DNA of 64,000 nucleotides from Tubiluchus corallicola (taxonomy: Eukaryota > Animalia > Priapulida), in the NCBI GenBank assembly GCA_030141605.1, contig JAQGDQ010000162.1, positions 310,001-374,000 of the forward strand. The letters are read 5' to 3'. This document shows, in pieces, positions 38,824 through 52,207 of this stretch. Below the pieces are notes generated by a model, which saw only the letters and a list, made by a program, of their open reading frames with translations, had not been told where the DNA came from and did no database searches. A program made the translations under genes and the position numbers. The first letter of the stretch is position 1. Each line of letters begins with the position of its first letter.

Positions 38824-40669
38824 CTTCACCAGCATGACCTAGAAAAGAAACTGGGTTAGTGCTACAGAACGAAAACTAGGCCAGGTAAAATTGCCAGGTG
38901 TGGGTGGTTGACTTCGGCCAAGGCCACCAGTCTGTTCATGGAAGGTGCACACGTGGAAAGGGTTAGAGACACCACATACACATACTGACGGCAATACAGA
39001 TTCAAAACTAATACTAGTTTTATCAGATGGTCTCACCAATCTTGCCGTGCGTGCACACGTAGCAGCTTCATCCTCAAAAGTAATAAGTTGCCGTTGTTGC
39101 AGTTGCTCCAAAGTATCACCATGGCTTAGGGTTTTTCGCATCCCATCTTCTGCTACACCAATGTTCCGGGGTCTGACCCGGTAGATAGCCTTACGGCCTG
39201 CCATCGGTGATGCGGGTAAGCGCTGCATAACGGACACTACAGAAATTAAAAAAGAAACAACAAACCAAAACTTAGAATTCAAAAGGGACGGCTGAGAAGA
39301 ACAACACAATAGAAAAAAAACCTGGTGACAATGCTTCAAATTTTACGGAATCACGACACTCGGCAGGCAGACAGGAGAAGTGCATTCCACGACAACCAGA
39401 AGACAACTGACGATATCACGTGTTCGTTCTTTCCACAGGAAATCACTGCTCAACCAATGTTATGGGCTTCCTCGTTTAAAGTGGAGGTCATAACTTTACC
39501 TATAGGTTGCCTGGCCTGGTGCCTATGAATAGAACTGTACAATGTATGCATAATGACCTGTAGAATGCACTTTCACCTGTTTAGCTCAATATTATTACAG
39601 TCAATGTGCGGCTCAAAATTATTTAATCATCCGCCGTTTGATGCCGCCAGCGTAAGTACATAACAATAAACCGTTTTCGTCGCTGCCCTTGATTCAATTC
39701 AATTCAATTTAACTTTAATTTAATTATCTCTTTATAGTACTACAATAAAACATGATTGATAAAAGAATCGCTAATAAGTTTTGAAGAATGCTTAAAATGA
39801 ATAGGTAGATGTAGAACTAGAGAAAGGATTGCGTAGTCTGCTAACCTTTACCGAATAATGATTTTTAGACACTGGTGGGCATTAACGTTATCAGTTTAAT
39901 TTAGGAAACATTAATAGTTTAAAAATTATGACATTTGCTATATTGTGTAATCCAGAGTAAAGAAAATACATGTACTTTAACTAGCGGGCAACAAAATAAT
40001 AAACAGTCTTGATTAAATTAAAAATAACATTTAGATTTTATGCGAAACACAGGTCAAAATTGTTATGAAATGATAAAAACATTTTGATTTAAAAATGCAA
40101 TTAATCAACAACAGGAGTTTAATACATTTTGATTTGAGTTCAACTTTACTATTTCTCAGCTTATTGATTAAGAATAAATCTACTGACTTGGACAATACTA
40201 AATAATATAATTCTCAATATACTGATAAGACAAACATTTAGCTATATAGGTTTTTTAGTAATGTTATAAAGGAGAGGTAAGACTTGTGCAATCTATGGAC
40301 AACACCTGAAGCTTTATTCATAAAATACTACTGCAGTATGACTTTAATAATTACTCGGCTGTAAAGAAGAGAAGAAAGACAGAGTACTTCCTGATATTTA
40401 GGATAATATCTGTAATGGCCTGTGGATTAGCTAATTAGTAGAGTTATAAGTAACAGCAAAGTACGAATTGGTAGTTGAGAAATTGAGTTGAGACTACGAA
40501 TTGAGAAAAAAATTTAATTCAGTATTAGAGTACGTTTTTGAGCCACAGATTCATGCTATGCTGTAGTATTTTCAGTTTTATGAATATTAATGTAGTTAGT
40601 ATTATTAAGTTAGGTAAAGAAAACAGAATATAGTGGAATAAGAGCTTAACATTAATCAGCTTAAGTTAA

Positions 40670-42610
40670 TAATAATTGCTTTTTAAGTTTACAGATCAAG
40701 ATATAGATACTGTTAGAATCTTTAATATTACTGTTCAAACAATTCCAGAATTTAACAGCTTGAGACTTGATAGTACTTAATCCATGAGTGGTACAGAATT
40801 TGGGCGTAATATATAGACGTCGAGTGGCAGATCTAGTTTCGTAGTTATGGATTTCAGATATGGTAGTAAAATAGTTAGAGAATAGTTAAGGTAACTTCTT
40901 ATTTACAAAACGATACATGAATTTAGAAAGCTCTAATTGGTAAATTTCATTTAATTTAACAGTTTAAGTTTTACATAACAGGGTGTAGTATAAGCTCCTC
41001 CTTAATGATCCTGGATTCGAGTACCAGTTATCACTTTATTATCTTAGTCACTGCTCACCAGTTATCATTAAACCTGGTCACTCTTTATTATGCAATATTA
41101 ATCTCCCTAATTAATATTGATTCTTATCTGTCGCATGTGATCGTATAAAAACGTGACTTAAGACTGAAGGAGTGATTTGCATCTATTACATTAATTGCTA
41201 TAAGGTTATTCACAACCCGGCTACTAGAGCTTAAGATAAAATCTATAGAGCAATGATTTCTTCTCACAAGATTGTTTCTACGACTCCGCGTTGTGAAAGA
41301 GTCTTAATCTCTAAAGCTATCTAGCAAAAGTTCCCGCAATTGAACTCGTAGATTACTTAATGTACACAGCAAATCCTTAGATTCGTTTACAGAATTTAAT
41401 GTTGCTTAACTGAGACACCTATAAGCATACTCAAACTATTCATATATGATTAAGCGAAATCCGTTTATTGTTTACAACAATTACTCTTAGTTTGCTAAAA
41501 TTACAATATATGAACCTAATCGCCAAAGACGCTCACAATTTATAATTAGCTCCCAGAGATACTAAACAGTTTCCCTTAACTAGTTCTTCACTTCGCACTA
41601 AAGGTGCTAATTTACAATGTGAAACATTTATTACAATCGACTACACGTCACACGTAAGGTGCCTATTACTGTGATGAAGCTACTATGCAGAGTTGCTCTC
41701 AGGTTACGATAGGTTAAGTTCACTTAACTCGGTGGAATGACCAATGACAACCGTTCAATTGGTCAATTCCGTTTCCGTTGCAAGACTCTATTCGCAGATC
41801 CAGTGCTCAATTCTTTGAGGACGCAGATAGTTGTCTACGCTGGGTCTAGCGGGTCTTTGCTTCTCTCAGAATTCCTGTAGTCTCTCCAGACTTGATCTCC
41901 TCTCTCCCTGACTCACGACTAACCGACGATACACGATTCACCACCCGGCGCCTAACGATTAACCACGAGCCCTTGCCAAACACCATCTTATGTACTCCAA
42001 TGGAGTCTTCATAGCTTTGCGCGCGAACGCGCGAGGTGTCACCATAGGTCAAAGGTTCTGTTGTGGCTTGGTGGTTTATGACCATCCAGATGTCCAGGTC
42101 ACGTAGCCTCTTACATGAGAAAACTCCGCTATGCGCCTTCGTCCTTCGCTTCTCGCGTCGCTTGGGTCATAAACTTCTGTTCAAGAAATGAGCTTCTTCC
42201 TGCTCCTTCCCAATCATAGTCCAGCAACTCGCATTACATTACAGGAGGTATATACTCTTAACCACTCCATGTTATAAAATTCAGCTTCGCTTCTCCTAAA
42301 TTCAAACACCTGTGACAAACTTTTCCTCTCTAAGTGAACACCTGTTCTATTACTTGTAAACACATCTCTTGTGACAATAATTCCTTGCCTTACATTAAAT
42401 ATATGCTTTACCAGCTAAGTGAGTTCCCATATTTTCTTAATAAATTATCTGATCCAATTTGGAGGTCTCTTTATCAACATAATCTAATGAAGTTGATAAC
42501 TCCATTAATTAATCACTTAATTCATGATTCCGAAATTTATTCATAACAGTAGCATGAGCACGATATGGGCTAAATGTAATGATTTTCACTATTTTATTCT
42601 GGGCTGTAAT
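40670..42610 (-). mobile_element. CR1/L2-clade LINE 3' fragment, split by a solo-LTR-like insertion
   Basis: ITAQNKIVKIITFSPYRAHAT (42610-42549) continues as PCYVKLKLL..NEIYQLELSKFMY...IHNYETRS...VKFWN (40984-40740). Confidence 0.75.
40989..42548. mobile_element. Probable solo LTR (1560 bp) with 4-bp TSD
   Basis: GTAG at both 40985-40988 and 42549-42552. Ends are tataag (likely mutated tgtaag) and cataaca. Removing the insert restores the host LINE frame. Confidence 0.65.
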
Positions 42611-43591
42611 GAATGGTTTTATCACAGATGTTGATCAAAGTTTACTCAGATGAATACACTTGAGACTTGTAGCGAGTGATACCCGTCACGTAACACAATG
42701 GAAAGTCTGCTGATTGTTGCAGGTTACAGAAAATATTTATGCAGTATCGATTGCAATTTAAAGGAAAGAACATGTCAGTCAATATTTTGGGTTTATTTTA
42801 CTGTTATCACTTGAATTTAGAAAAATGTAACATAAATTCGCAAAGAACTGCCTATAAAGCACTAATTTAAAATATACTACCTCTGAATAGAAATTTTCAC
42901 GCGTGGTGGTTGCCGCCATTCACTTGAAAACAACGACGTAACTGGGAGACTTCGTGCTTCGTAAGTGCATTGTGGCTTTCCGTAAGCGCGCGCTGTTTAA
43001 ATCAAACTTCTGTAGTTTACCTAGTGTTCAGGCAAAAATATTTCAAAACTAGCTATATATATTTTTTTGCAAAAACTTATACTTTTGATGAAGATTATAC
43101 TTTTGATTTGACACTGCGCTACTTTTCTCACGACGAATGACGTCATTGAAAGAATGGGAGTGCTCAAGTGATTTTACTAATTACACGAGACGCTTATTGC
43201 AGTCCTTTTCACATTTTTCGCGAACATTGAATTAAGCCTAAGTTCCCAGAAGGGCTGGCCTTTAACATAAATTTGGATTTGTTGGGATTTTTACAAACTC
43301 TGGAAGCATCTGGGAGGCGGAGTTAAAGTGGAAAGGGGCAGGTTGTATAAAGGAGAGGTTCTGGATTTTTGGAGTAGTTCAAGATACCTGGCTGGATAAC
43401 CCTCAGCCGGGTCTACTTTTGAGGATCGTAATAAAATATAGTTTTTGTACATGTGCAGGTGTTTTCTTCTTCAATACTCGAGTGCTAGGTGCAACCGCAC
43501 CTGGAAAAAGACATATTGTTGGCAATATACGTTTTATGTTAACGTTTTGGTGTTACTCTTGACTAAAAAATGATCTTGACATAATTATGTA

Positions 43592-43668
43592 GCTGACAAG
43601 ATTCTCGGTTTTATTCGTCGTAATTTAAAATATACTCCAAAATCTGTGCGTAAGAACGCATATTTAAT
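43592..43668 (+). mobile_element. Short LINE RT fragment (CR1/Jockey-like)
   Basis: ADKILGFIRRNLKYTPKSVRKNAYL. Confidence 0.6.
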
Positions 43669-44239
43669 TAGTTTAAACATAGCGGAATAACAAAGACTAC
43701 AATATGGTTTGAATAGACAACTGATAGGACGTTCTTGTCAAAATGGAACGTATCTCTTAGAAGTGTGCAGACAATAAGCAAACAGTAGAAGCATTACTGT
43801 ATGACTACTAGCGGTGTAAATACATACGTAGTATAATGTTGAGAATGACATTTAATCAAGCTAAACTAATACAATGGTTAGAAGCGCTTAGTAAGAATTT
43901 TTAATTTCTGTAAAATCTTTAATACTTGAATATTAACGGTTGTACTTAACCGTTGATTCCATATAGAAGCAGATAGGCGAGATCATTTGTTGACAAATTA
44001 TAAATTCTAATATTATGAGAAATTAACAAAGTGCAGAGTTTATTTAGTAATATATCTCGAACTGGTGATATAACGGACAGCCAATTAGAAAATGATTAAT
44101 GGTTTCAAAAGGGGCACCGAATCTACAGGTAGGTAAAACAATGGTTCCATTATAATTTTTACATCCTGTCAGCTGAGGTCAAAGTTTAATTGAGAAAATC
44201 AACTCGCATTCGTGTTTGAGAAAGAACTAGTCAACGGTC

Positions 44240-45140
44240 ACCATACGAGTAATGCTTGGGGCGTTTGATGAAACCCAAGAATGTATACGTTTTTTCATGG
44301 TTCGCCCTGGTGTTGAATACGCCGCTTCAGAAAGGGACCTCTTTAAACAACATTTTATGAATGACCGAATTGCTCAAAATCCAGTATCTGAGTGCGAAAT
44401 TTGTCTTAAAATAGCCCCGCTTTAACCAGAGGGACTTTACCAGAGAATTTTTAAAAAGGATTAGTAAAGTTTTGTTTCATTATTTTCTTTAATAACAAAG
44501 ATCATTTTCGCATAATTATTTTTATTTTGTTGACTATTTATTGTAAATCAAAATTGCGTGCTAATTAATGTGATTATGACATGCGTTAAATTATTAAAAT
44601 GAAATTTGAAACTTCTATATAACTTTGAAAAGATCTATATAAATCCAAAGTCCTGTGGCAACTTCATTCTATCTTTTCCTCTACTTGCTGAAGAACGAGT
44701 TACAAGTCTGTAGCTGAAATTTAGTGTTTTAGGTACAAGTTTACAGTTTTAGTAGTTTTTAAGTTATGGCTGAAGGTTTTTGCATATTAAAATAATGCAA
44801 CGCTGGAACAACATCAGCTAATAAGTAACTGAAAAAGAGCCACGTTGACGCATAAAGCACTCAGTCAATGGCAGTAAAAAATAAAGAAATCAACTCAATC
44901 AGTTTACATCATGGTCTACACAACAAAAAGTAACCGCTGACAAATTTGTTGTCAAAAAAAGTACCTACAGTACCTGAAATTACCTTGAAGAGAAAGTGTA
45001 GGGCGGCAGCACAGAGCCATTTGATGCAGAGAAACTAAAGGCAACAATTGTTGAGTGCTGGAACGAGTAAGAAACTGTATCAGCTATTAGGCGAAACGTT
45101 TTTGTCTAGTTTGGAATGAAAATGGTGGGCACATACACTT
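44240..45140 (+). mobile_element. Decayed Tc1/mariner transposase remnant
   Basis: Broken LEEKV*GG...KLKATIVECWNE...NENGGHI at 44984-45135, plus VM-WG/PGV-like pieces near 44250-44320. Interrupted. Confidence 0.5.
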
Positions 45141-45823
45141 GCTGTAAATTTTAACAAGACTGACAAATTTTTTACAACTTTATTTTTTAACTTATTGATT
45201 TAAAACTTCTGTACCTTTGGAAATATCTAGGATATTGACATGAAATTTTTGGAATTTATACAAAAAAAGTTTATACTACTTATACAAAAAAATTTATATA
45301 ACATCAATGTGGCAATTTTCAGCAATTCCACTATACTCTTCTTACAACATCGTGATCAAAACTTTGGCATATTTTTTTGTTCCGAACGATATGTCATGCA
45401 CAGACTAATGTGAAGCAACGGGCTTCGGGTATTCACTAACAATAACAAGAATAAGAATAAAAATAATTTTATTTGTTTGTTTTTCCAAATAAAAACAGAA
45501 AACTATATAACAATATTCAACAATATTTAAATAAGGGAGAGATGAACGTTATGTAGAACAAGAAAGTAGTTTAGACACTGCTTTTCAATACTTATTACAA
45601 AAGGAGAGGAAAATTCAGTGTCTGTATTACTCCGTTAGTTTTAGTAAAAGCTTGAAGCTGATTGGTCGACATTAGTCGTTTTACCAATCTAATTAACCAT
45701 ACCTATACCTTTGCGACTTTTGTTTTTACGTATTTCACTTGTGCTTTCTGATACAAAATGACATTTACATTTTTGAAAAATTAGATAATTTTTGTTGTGC
45801 AAAATCAGCATAATATCCTGTTA

Positions 45824-47909
45824 TTATAATTTCATTGCTGTACTGACTATGAAGTATTTGTCTTCGTCGAAATCCTCAAGCGTTTTGTTTCCTTCTGTCG
45901 TCACCTCTGTCCTTATATCAGTCATTCCCGCCTCCGTCAGGGCTTCAGTCACCAACTCTTCGTCAACAGGTATGGCGTAGTATCGTTTCTCACCAACGTC
46001 CCAAAAACTTTCTTCACCAACTGTCACCATCAGCAATTTTCCACCAGATTTAAGCAGCGTCATAACGTTTTTTACACATTTCTTGTATTGATCTAGAGTT
46101 GTTGCGGCGAGTTCTATAGCAAAGGAGGAAATGATGACGTCGAAAGTGCCTCGGTGAGTAGTGGTTATTGGGTCGCTTTTATTGGCGTCACACAACAAAA
46201 TTTCCTTTACGTTTTTTCGTAAATCTTCCAGACGTGACTGGTACTTTTCTTGTAATTCGCTGTAATTAGAAAAAATTGTCTCATTTGAAGCCAGCATACG
46301 TATGTGTAATAGACCGTTCACACGGTCATTCAAAACAGTGACGTTATCGAGTTTGTCAGTGATGAAGGACTGTGTGGACGTTAAGAATCACACTCAAATT
46401 TAAAATTTTGTCATTCAAGTTTGGACGATATGAAGCTGGTGTTGATGTTCGTCAATGTTGGTCGTCATTCTCGGAAAGAACAGCCAATAATAAGGCACAA
46501 AAGTTGACCGAAAATAAGAAAATGATAGCTAAAAAATGTTAGTCGTCGCTGAGGCTGCATTTGAACCAAGGATTGTTTAGAAATTGAGCGCCATGACCAC
46601 TAGATCACACAGCTTCTTGTGACATTGGCATATTTTGATTTACTAAAGTGAAACTACTTTTTCGCTATGCCCATGATCCACGTAAAATTTCAGAGTAAGC
46701 CAAAAGTAGGCCTAAAGTCCTCGACCTGCTAAACATGTTCATTTACCTTTGACTTGCAGATTGTATGACGATGTCGTAATAGTGGCTCCAGTCAAAAGGA
46801 TATTCCCCTGTTTCCTTCCATTTCTGCAGTAGTTTAATATTGGGTTCAGCATAGTCGGCCATTACAATGTCGGTGAAATTATCACCAACGGCAAGCGTAT
46901 AAGCCAAAGTGGGACCACATCCGAAATCCAACAGCCTCTTACCTGGTAATCCTTCTCCTGTTATAGAAACAACGAAGCACTATTAATATTAGTACAGATC
47001 TAAAATGCGAAATGAACTCATAATGCTCAAAATCAAACTTGAAAAAAAACGCAAGTTATAAAAAAATCGGAAGTCGAAATGCAATCGCATTTGTTTCCAA
47101 CCGAGTCCTTCTTGGATGCTTCTCCTTGGATTTGAACCAAGGACTCTTCAAAGTCAGAGATGGACATAGGCTCAATGTCTCTTGTAGATTTGATCTTTCG
47201 TTAGGGAGAATGCAGCTGGACATCTTTGTTGGTTCACTGGCTCAGTTTAGAGCACTAGCCTTGTTAATGAGCCGGTTCCAGTTTCGCCGCTACTACACAC
47301 ATTGATTCCAGCGTACACTGAAGTGTTTAAAAAAGTTATTTTGCATTTACATTTTTTAATTGCCTGTTTCAGACGTTCACTCTAAATTTAACGATGATGA
47401 TGCTGATGATGATAAATCTTTTATTATATATCTTTGCTATTTTACAGGCAACATACGCTTTTTCTAATGACTTGTGTATATTTTGCAATTATGCTCTTCA
47501 TAAATTCTTCATATAAAAGCTCTAGCAGAGGCAAACAAACTGCGTTTACCAGCCGTCAGAACACACGTATGCAACTTCGCGGGAGTTTAAACCTTGACAC
47601 GTAAATAACGCAGCAACACACATTACTGACTTTTGGTAAATGCTGTTGTAGAATACAGAATATGATGTTGCACACATGGTGATCCAAGAAATAGTTCACC
47701 AAGGATTAGTCTTAAGACATGTCTCTCTGATAAGATGAAGATATTTAGTGGGAGAAGTATATATGTGCAAGTCTAAAATACGAGGCATGTTCCTACTCAC
47801 CTTCGTGAAATATTTCGCGGTATTTGTTAAATATATTTTGAAATTCTATCACGTTGCCATAGCATTCGTTCAAGAAAACAACACTGTCAAATTTCTCATA
47901 ACAAGCCAT
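45824..47909 (-). CDS. NNMT/INMT/PNMT-family methyltransferase, copy 2 (3 exons, 251 aa)
   Basis: Exons 47909-47801, 46957-46747 and 46259-45824 (756 nt, phases 1/2). Motifs LLDFGCGPT, YPFDWSHYY, LLKSGG, SFWDVGEKRY. Confidence 0.9.
47087..47600. repeat. About 510-bp block duplicated at 61051-61575, containing tRNA-like pieces
   Basis: gcatttgtttccaa...actacacacattga...cttcgcggg.gtttaaaccttg aligns along its length with 61051-61575. Confidence 0.85.
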
Positions 47910-48817
47910 GATGAATACTGAACTACTACTTGAACATTGCTCTTTACCTTAGATCTTAGGCCAAATATCCATTTCAGGCTACTGATTTCCTGTAGTATAT
48001 AGTATTTACTTGCAACAGACTATACAAACAGATGAATATGCATGCCTGTGTAATAGGTGCTATATTTAGTTGATTGTATATTACCAAAAAATGAATAAAT
48101 TAATTGAAAACCATTACGCTTCAGTCGAACAATGTGCACTGTCTCCATGTGCACTATCTTTAACACAAAGAAAAATAAAAAGCACTAAATTGCATTTATT
48201 TTTTAAATCCTGTAATGACAGTGGTATGTATTTTTTACCTTATTGTAAGAAGATTTCCCATTTGTTAAGTCATTAAGAATTTTTAGTCATTTTTAGGTCA
48301 TTTTGTTTAATGTCTTGCAAAAATCTCAAACAGTTCTTGAGAGCTGATTACCCGCAGTGAATGTGAACAGTCCACACAGTAACAGTAGTGGCCAATAGCA
48401 ATAACGTGAAACAGTAATAACAACGGCAACAGTTACTGACGTGGGTATGCAATGCTTAGGGCAAATTACACCTAGTGAGGTGTTGATGCAAAAAGCAAGG
48501 CTATTGAATGGACACACACGAAGACCTGCTTTATTCAGAATATCCATGGATGCTTTATTACTTTAACATTTGTTTTCAAGTAATTTGCTCAAAACTGATG
48601 CACTATTCATTGGCTTTCATTACAAAAAGTTGCTAGTGATCAAACAGGTTAACTGGCTTGCAATAAATGCAATATAATTGCAAAAGAAAATTGGGAAAGG
48701 TTTTACTCATTCAGTTGTTATGGTATTGGTTAACTATATTACCTACGTACTATTAAAAATATCTTTTTCGAATGGCATGAACAAATAAAGGCAATTGTCG
48801 ATTTTTTGTATTTTTAG

Positions 48818-48990
48818 GCCAAAGAAACTTCATACAGAGCAAAAGACCATGAAATGCGGCACTCCATGCTACAGTATTAAGCGTCGATGGGTTCAAGCAT
48901 GGATTCACGGAAAACTCGTGTAAGACACAATACTATTTTTCTGATCACTGTAGGCTGTAAAAAATCTGCTGCACTGATCTATTACTAATT
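48818..48990 (+). pseudogene. Decayed duplicate of the exon at 51424
   Basis: ttttag|g then PKKLHTEQKTMKCGTPCYSIKRRWVQAWIHGKLV*, followed by several stops. Alignable to 51424-51580. Confidence 0.55.
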
Positions 48991-49304
48991 AGCTAACTTA
49001 CTGCAGTAGAATGGGATGCTTGTCATAGATACCAAAAACAGTCTTCGCTATAAACCTGTAAAAGCGCATGCATGATATTATTAACAGTAAATTGAGAAAC
49101 ACGTGGCGTGATATGAAGCACTTGTTGGCTAAAGCATTTCTGAAGTTGCATTGTAAATTTATTGCTATCCGTCTATTGTAAAAGTAACAAAATTCTTTTG
49201 CTGGGTATCAGCGTCCCCATGGTGGTGTGCACGTGGCTATGTTCTTAAAACGCATGAGTTTCGTTGCGTAGTGAGAAAAATAATACTTGATAAAATTGCC
49301 GCAG

Positions 49305-51625
49305 CTAAAACCGGACAACCAAGGTGGAGTGAATGGAATTTGGAAGGAGACTGCAGACCATGTGGTACTACAAAGGGAACTGGAAAGCTCGTAAGAACTT
49401 GCCTACCAAAAGGAAATACCTGCGGGTAAGAGTGCCATATTGTTAAATAATCAACTAGCAAAAAACATTTGAAAATAGTTGTGCTGTTTGAGGTTGTTAG
49501 TAATCGGGGCACCTACTTGAAAATTGTTACTGTATCACATTTGTGCATTCCATTAGATATTAACATGTTACATTTTCGCAAATTAAAATCAAAATCAAAA
49601 AATTAATTGCTAAGTTATAAAATGAGTTTATGTATGGCAGTGATGCGGCTGAGTAATGTTGTACAAAAAGTTTGGACAAGCGAAATGAATCTTAATTATA
49701 AACATTTAGTAAAAGCAAAACTATTCCCTAATGTGAAACATTGTGTCAATCACTTATTTAGCTTTTACGTCTCTAAATCGACTAGCGCAAAACCCAATGA
49801 CTTATGTGATTATTAAAATAGTATTAAAATGGTCTCATTTTTGTCTAATTAATGCCCGTTAAATCGTTCCAATTTATGGGAGTGTGATCCTTTTATCTTT
49901 ACCTGAGATCAAAATCTCAAAAGTCTACCCTTGTGCAGTTGGGGTACGTATCTCGGCTCATGTATAACCGTCCCAAATGCCATAGCATTAGCAACTGTAT
50001 CATTGCTGGCCTTTTTATGAACATATAATTATTATTATCATTTATTACGTACTCGAAACGTAACAGTGCACATCAGAAATTTTTTTAAAACTAGAATAGA
50101 TGCTGTGGATTTTTGCTTTTCTTTATATGCTTATAAGCAGGTAATTTAGCCTCCGAGCGTCTCCCTGCATCAATGATTTGATGATTTTTTTATGTAAACA
50201 TTTGTTTTTTATTTATTGTTTGTGTGTGATGTGAATTAAATTAAATTAAATTAAATTAAATTAATGTACAATACATGTTTCACACACACACACACACATA
50301 TACACAAGCACGCACGCACACACACAATAAAAACAAATTTAAAGAATACAAAATGACAAAATAATTAGACTAGTGGCACAGTAACGAAAAAAGATAATTA
50401 GCAGGTTAACACAAAACCTGGTAATTGACTAGCACTAATAATAATTCATTAGCTACCGAATAAACTGGCATGGTCACTCTCCCAAAGAGAAGGTAACTGT
50501 TTTTTTTATCTTACTACAAGTCGGCCTTGATGAATTAAAAACAATATTATAAAAATTGCCAATATAGCATAAAATAAAACCCATATATGGTGGCAAATTA
50601 CCTGTAGTATAATTTGAAATAGTTTAAATTGCAGCTAGGTAACATTATACGTTTTTCATAAAGCTTCACAAATCTGCAGTACAGAGATGTTGCAAACAAG
50701 CTGATGTCAGTAATAAAAGGCAAAAGTCTAGCATGTGTCACATTGGATAAGTGCCAAAACCACCCAACTGCATTTAATCAACCATTTTCCACCCGCTTCA
50801 CTTTTCTTCATTCCAAGTTTAATTGATATTAAATTCTGGCAAAATGAATGTGTCTTAAGCTGTTTTCAGTAGCTGCAATTCAGAAAGTATAGCATATTGT
50901 AAAAACGTTTGAAAGATCAGGTTTGCTTGTTCTCTGTTGTAGAGTAAAATGCATCTCAGCTAGAATATGACATGATAAATTCACAGTTGAACGGCTTGTT
51001 ATAGAGCAATTATTTGGTGAAAAAATATTAAAACATGTTTTTTTAAATTTAAAATTCAGTATGCAACACACCGCCTATATATTTATCAAGATGTACAAAA
51101 GGAAAATGGATGCAGTCGCTATTTTGTCACGTTTACCACACTTGCCAAATTATCATTCAGCTTGCGTTTACTTGTCTCAAGGCCTGATTTCTTTTGCAAT
51201 TATTAAAAGTTATTCATCTTTAAGCAAAAAAGTAGTGTCAATGCTTCTTTTCTGCAGCATTTTGACTTCAAGTCCTGAGATTAACAGCCCCTCTCCGGAA
51301 GAAGCAAACCTTAAAGTGGAAGCAGATGCAGTTGAGTCTTACAGAGAAGTAAGAATAATTATTCAAAATGTATTATTTATGATGAATCATATGAATATAA
51401 TATGAGAGTATACTATTTTTTAGGCCAGAGAAACTTAAAACCGAAAGCAAGACACTGAAGAATTGCAGCTATCCCTGTCCACGTAAAAGCAATATATGGT
51501 GTCAGGTGCTTCTTAATGGCGAACTTTGGTACGACAAAAAATCACGATTTTCTCACCACTGCAATCTGCAAAAAATATTGTTGGTGATATTTGTTACAAA
51601 GGATGTAGATTACATTAAATTATGA
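49305..51625 (+). pseudogene. Thrombospondin type-1 repeat (TSP1)-like gene fragment, probably decaying
   Basis: Exon 49305-49425 (cag|...|gtaag) encodes KTGQPRWSEWNLEGDCRPCGTTKGTGKLVRTCLPKGNTCG. It splices in phase 2 to 51424, GPEKLKTESKTLKNCSYPCP, giving a WxxW-C-C-G-RTC-CG-C-CP pattern. No start exon was identified. Confidence 0.55.
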
Positions 51626-51834
51626 TGATTTCATTTATGTGACCAGAAATGTCTTTTTCTAAAAATGACTATACATCAGTTGCTTTTCTTATTCTGTTTT
51701 AGTTCTGCTTAATGGTCATCACTGCCACTAATGATCTTGACCGCCAACACGTATTCTTTCATTTGAAATCACTTGCCTCAACATTCACACTGATATGCGT
51801 ATTAACTTCTTATAACTTCTAATAATCTGTTTAT

Positions 51835-52207
51835 TGTTGTGTTTTGTTTCTCTCGGAAGGCTCGTAGAGAAAACCAGAAAACACGCCGTCAACTAAAACT
51901 AGTTTATTTAGCGAGAATTCTACAACACAAAAGTATGAATGAACGTGAAATGATTACAGTAAACGTGAAAATCTGGAAAACGTTTAAGTATATCTGAAAA
52001 TGTAAGTATACAAGAGAATGTGTAAGTATACGTCCGTGCGAGATATGCGTGCTCCCTTATCAGCGGCCTGCTTCGCCGTATATAGCGCGCCCAAGAAGCT
52101 TCCAGAAGTAATGTTCCAGAACATTCCAGACGGTAAGACGATCATTCCAACGGAACATTCTACAATGTTCTATGTAATTCTAATAGATGCCAACGATCTC
52201 CACAACA
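51835..52207 (-). mobile_element. Solo LTR (373 bp)
   Basis: TGTTGTG...CACAACA termini, with minus-strand TATA-like (52079-52084) and AATAAA (51903-51908) signals. No clean TSD. Confidence 0.6.

Noticed and set aside
38839-39528. 166-aa and neighbouring ORFs in a GC-richer patch
   Set aside because: No recognisable domain or splice structure. They adjoin a Gypsy RT fragment, so are probably retroelement-derived.
45824-46333. 169-aa ORF starting at 46333 as a standalone gene
   Set aside because: The 5' part is intron read-through; the true exon 3 starts at the acceptor at 46259.
46550-46612. tRNA-like sequence on the minus strand (similar piece at about 12887-12945)
   Set aside because: Only A/B-box-like remnants and no cloverleaf; treated as decayed SINE heads.
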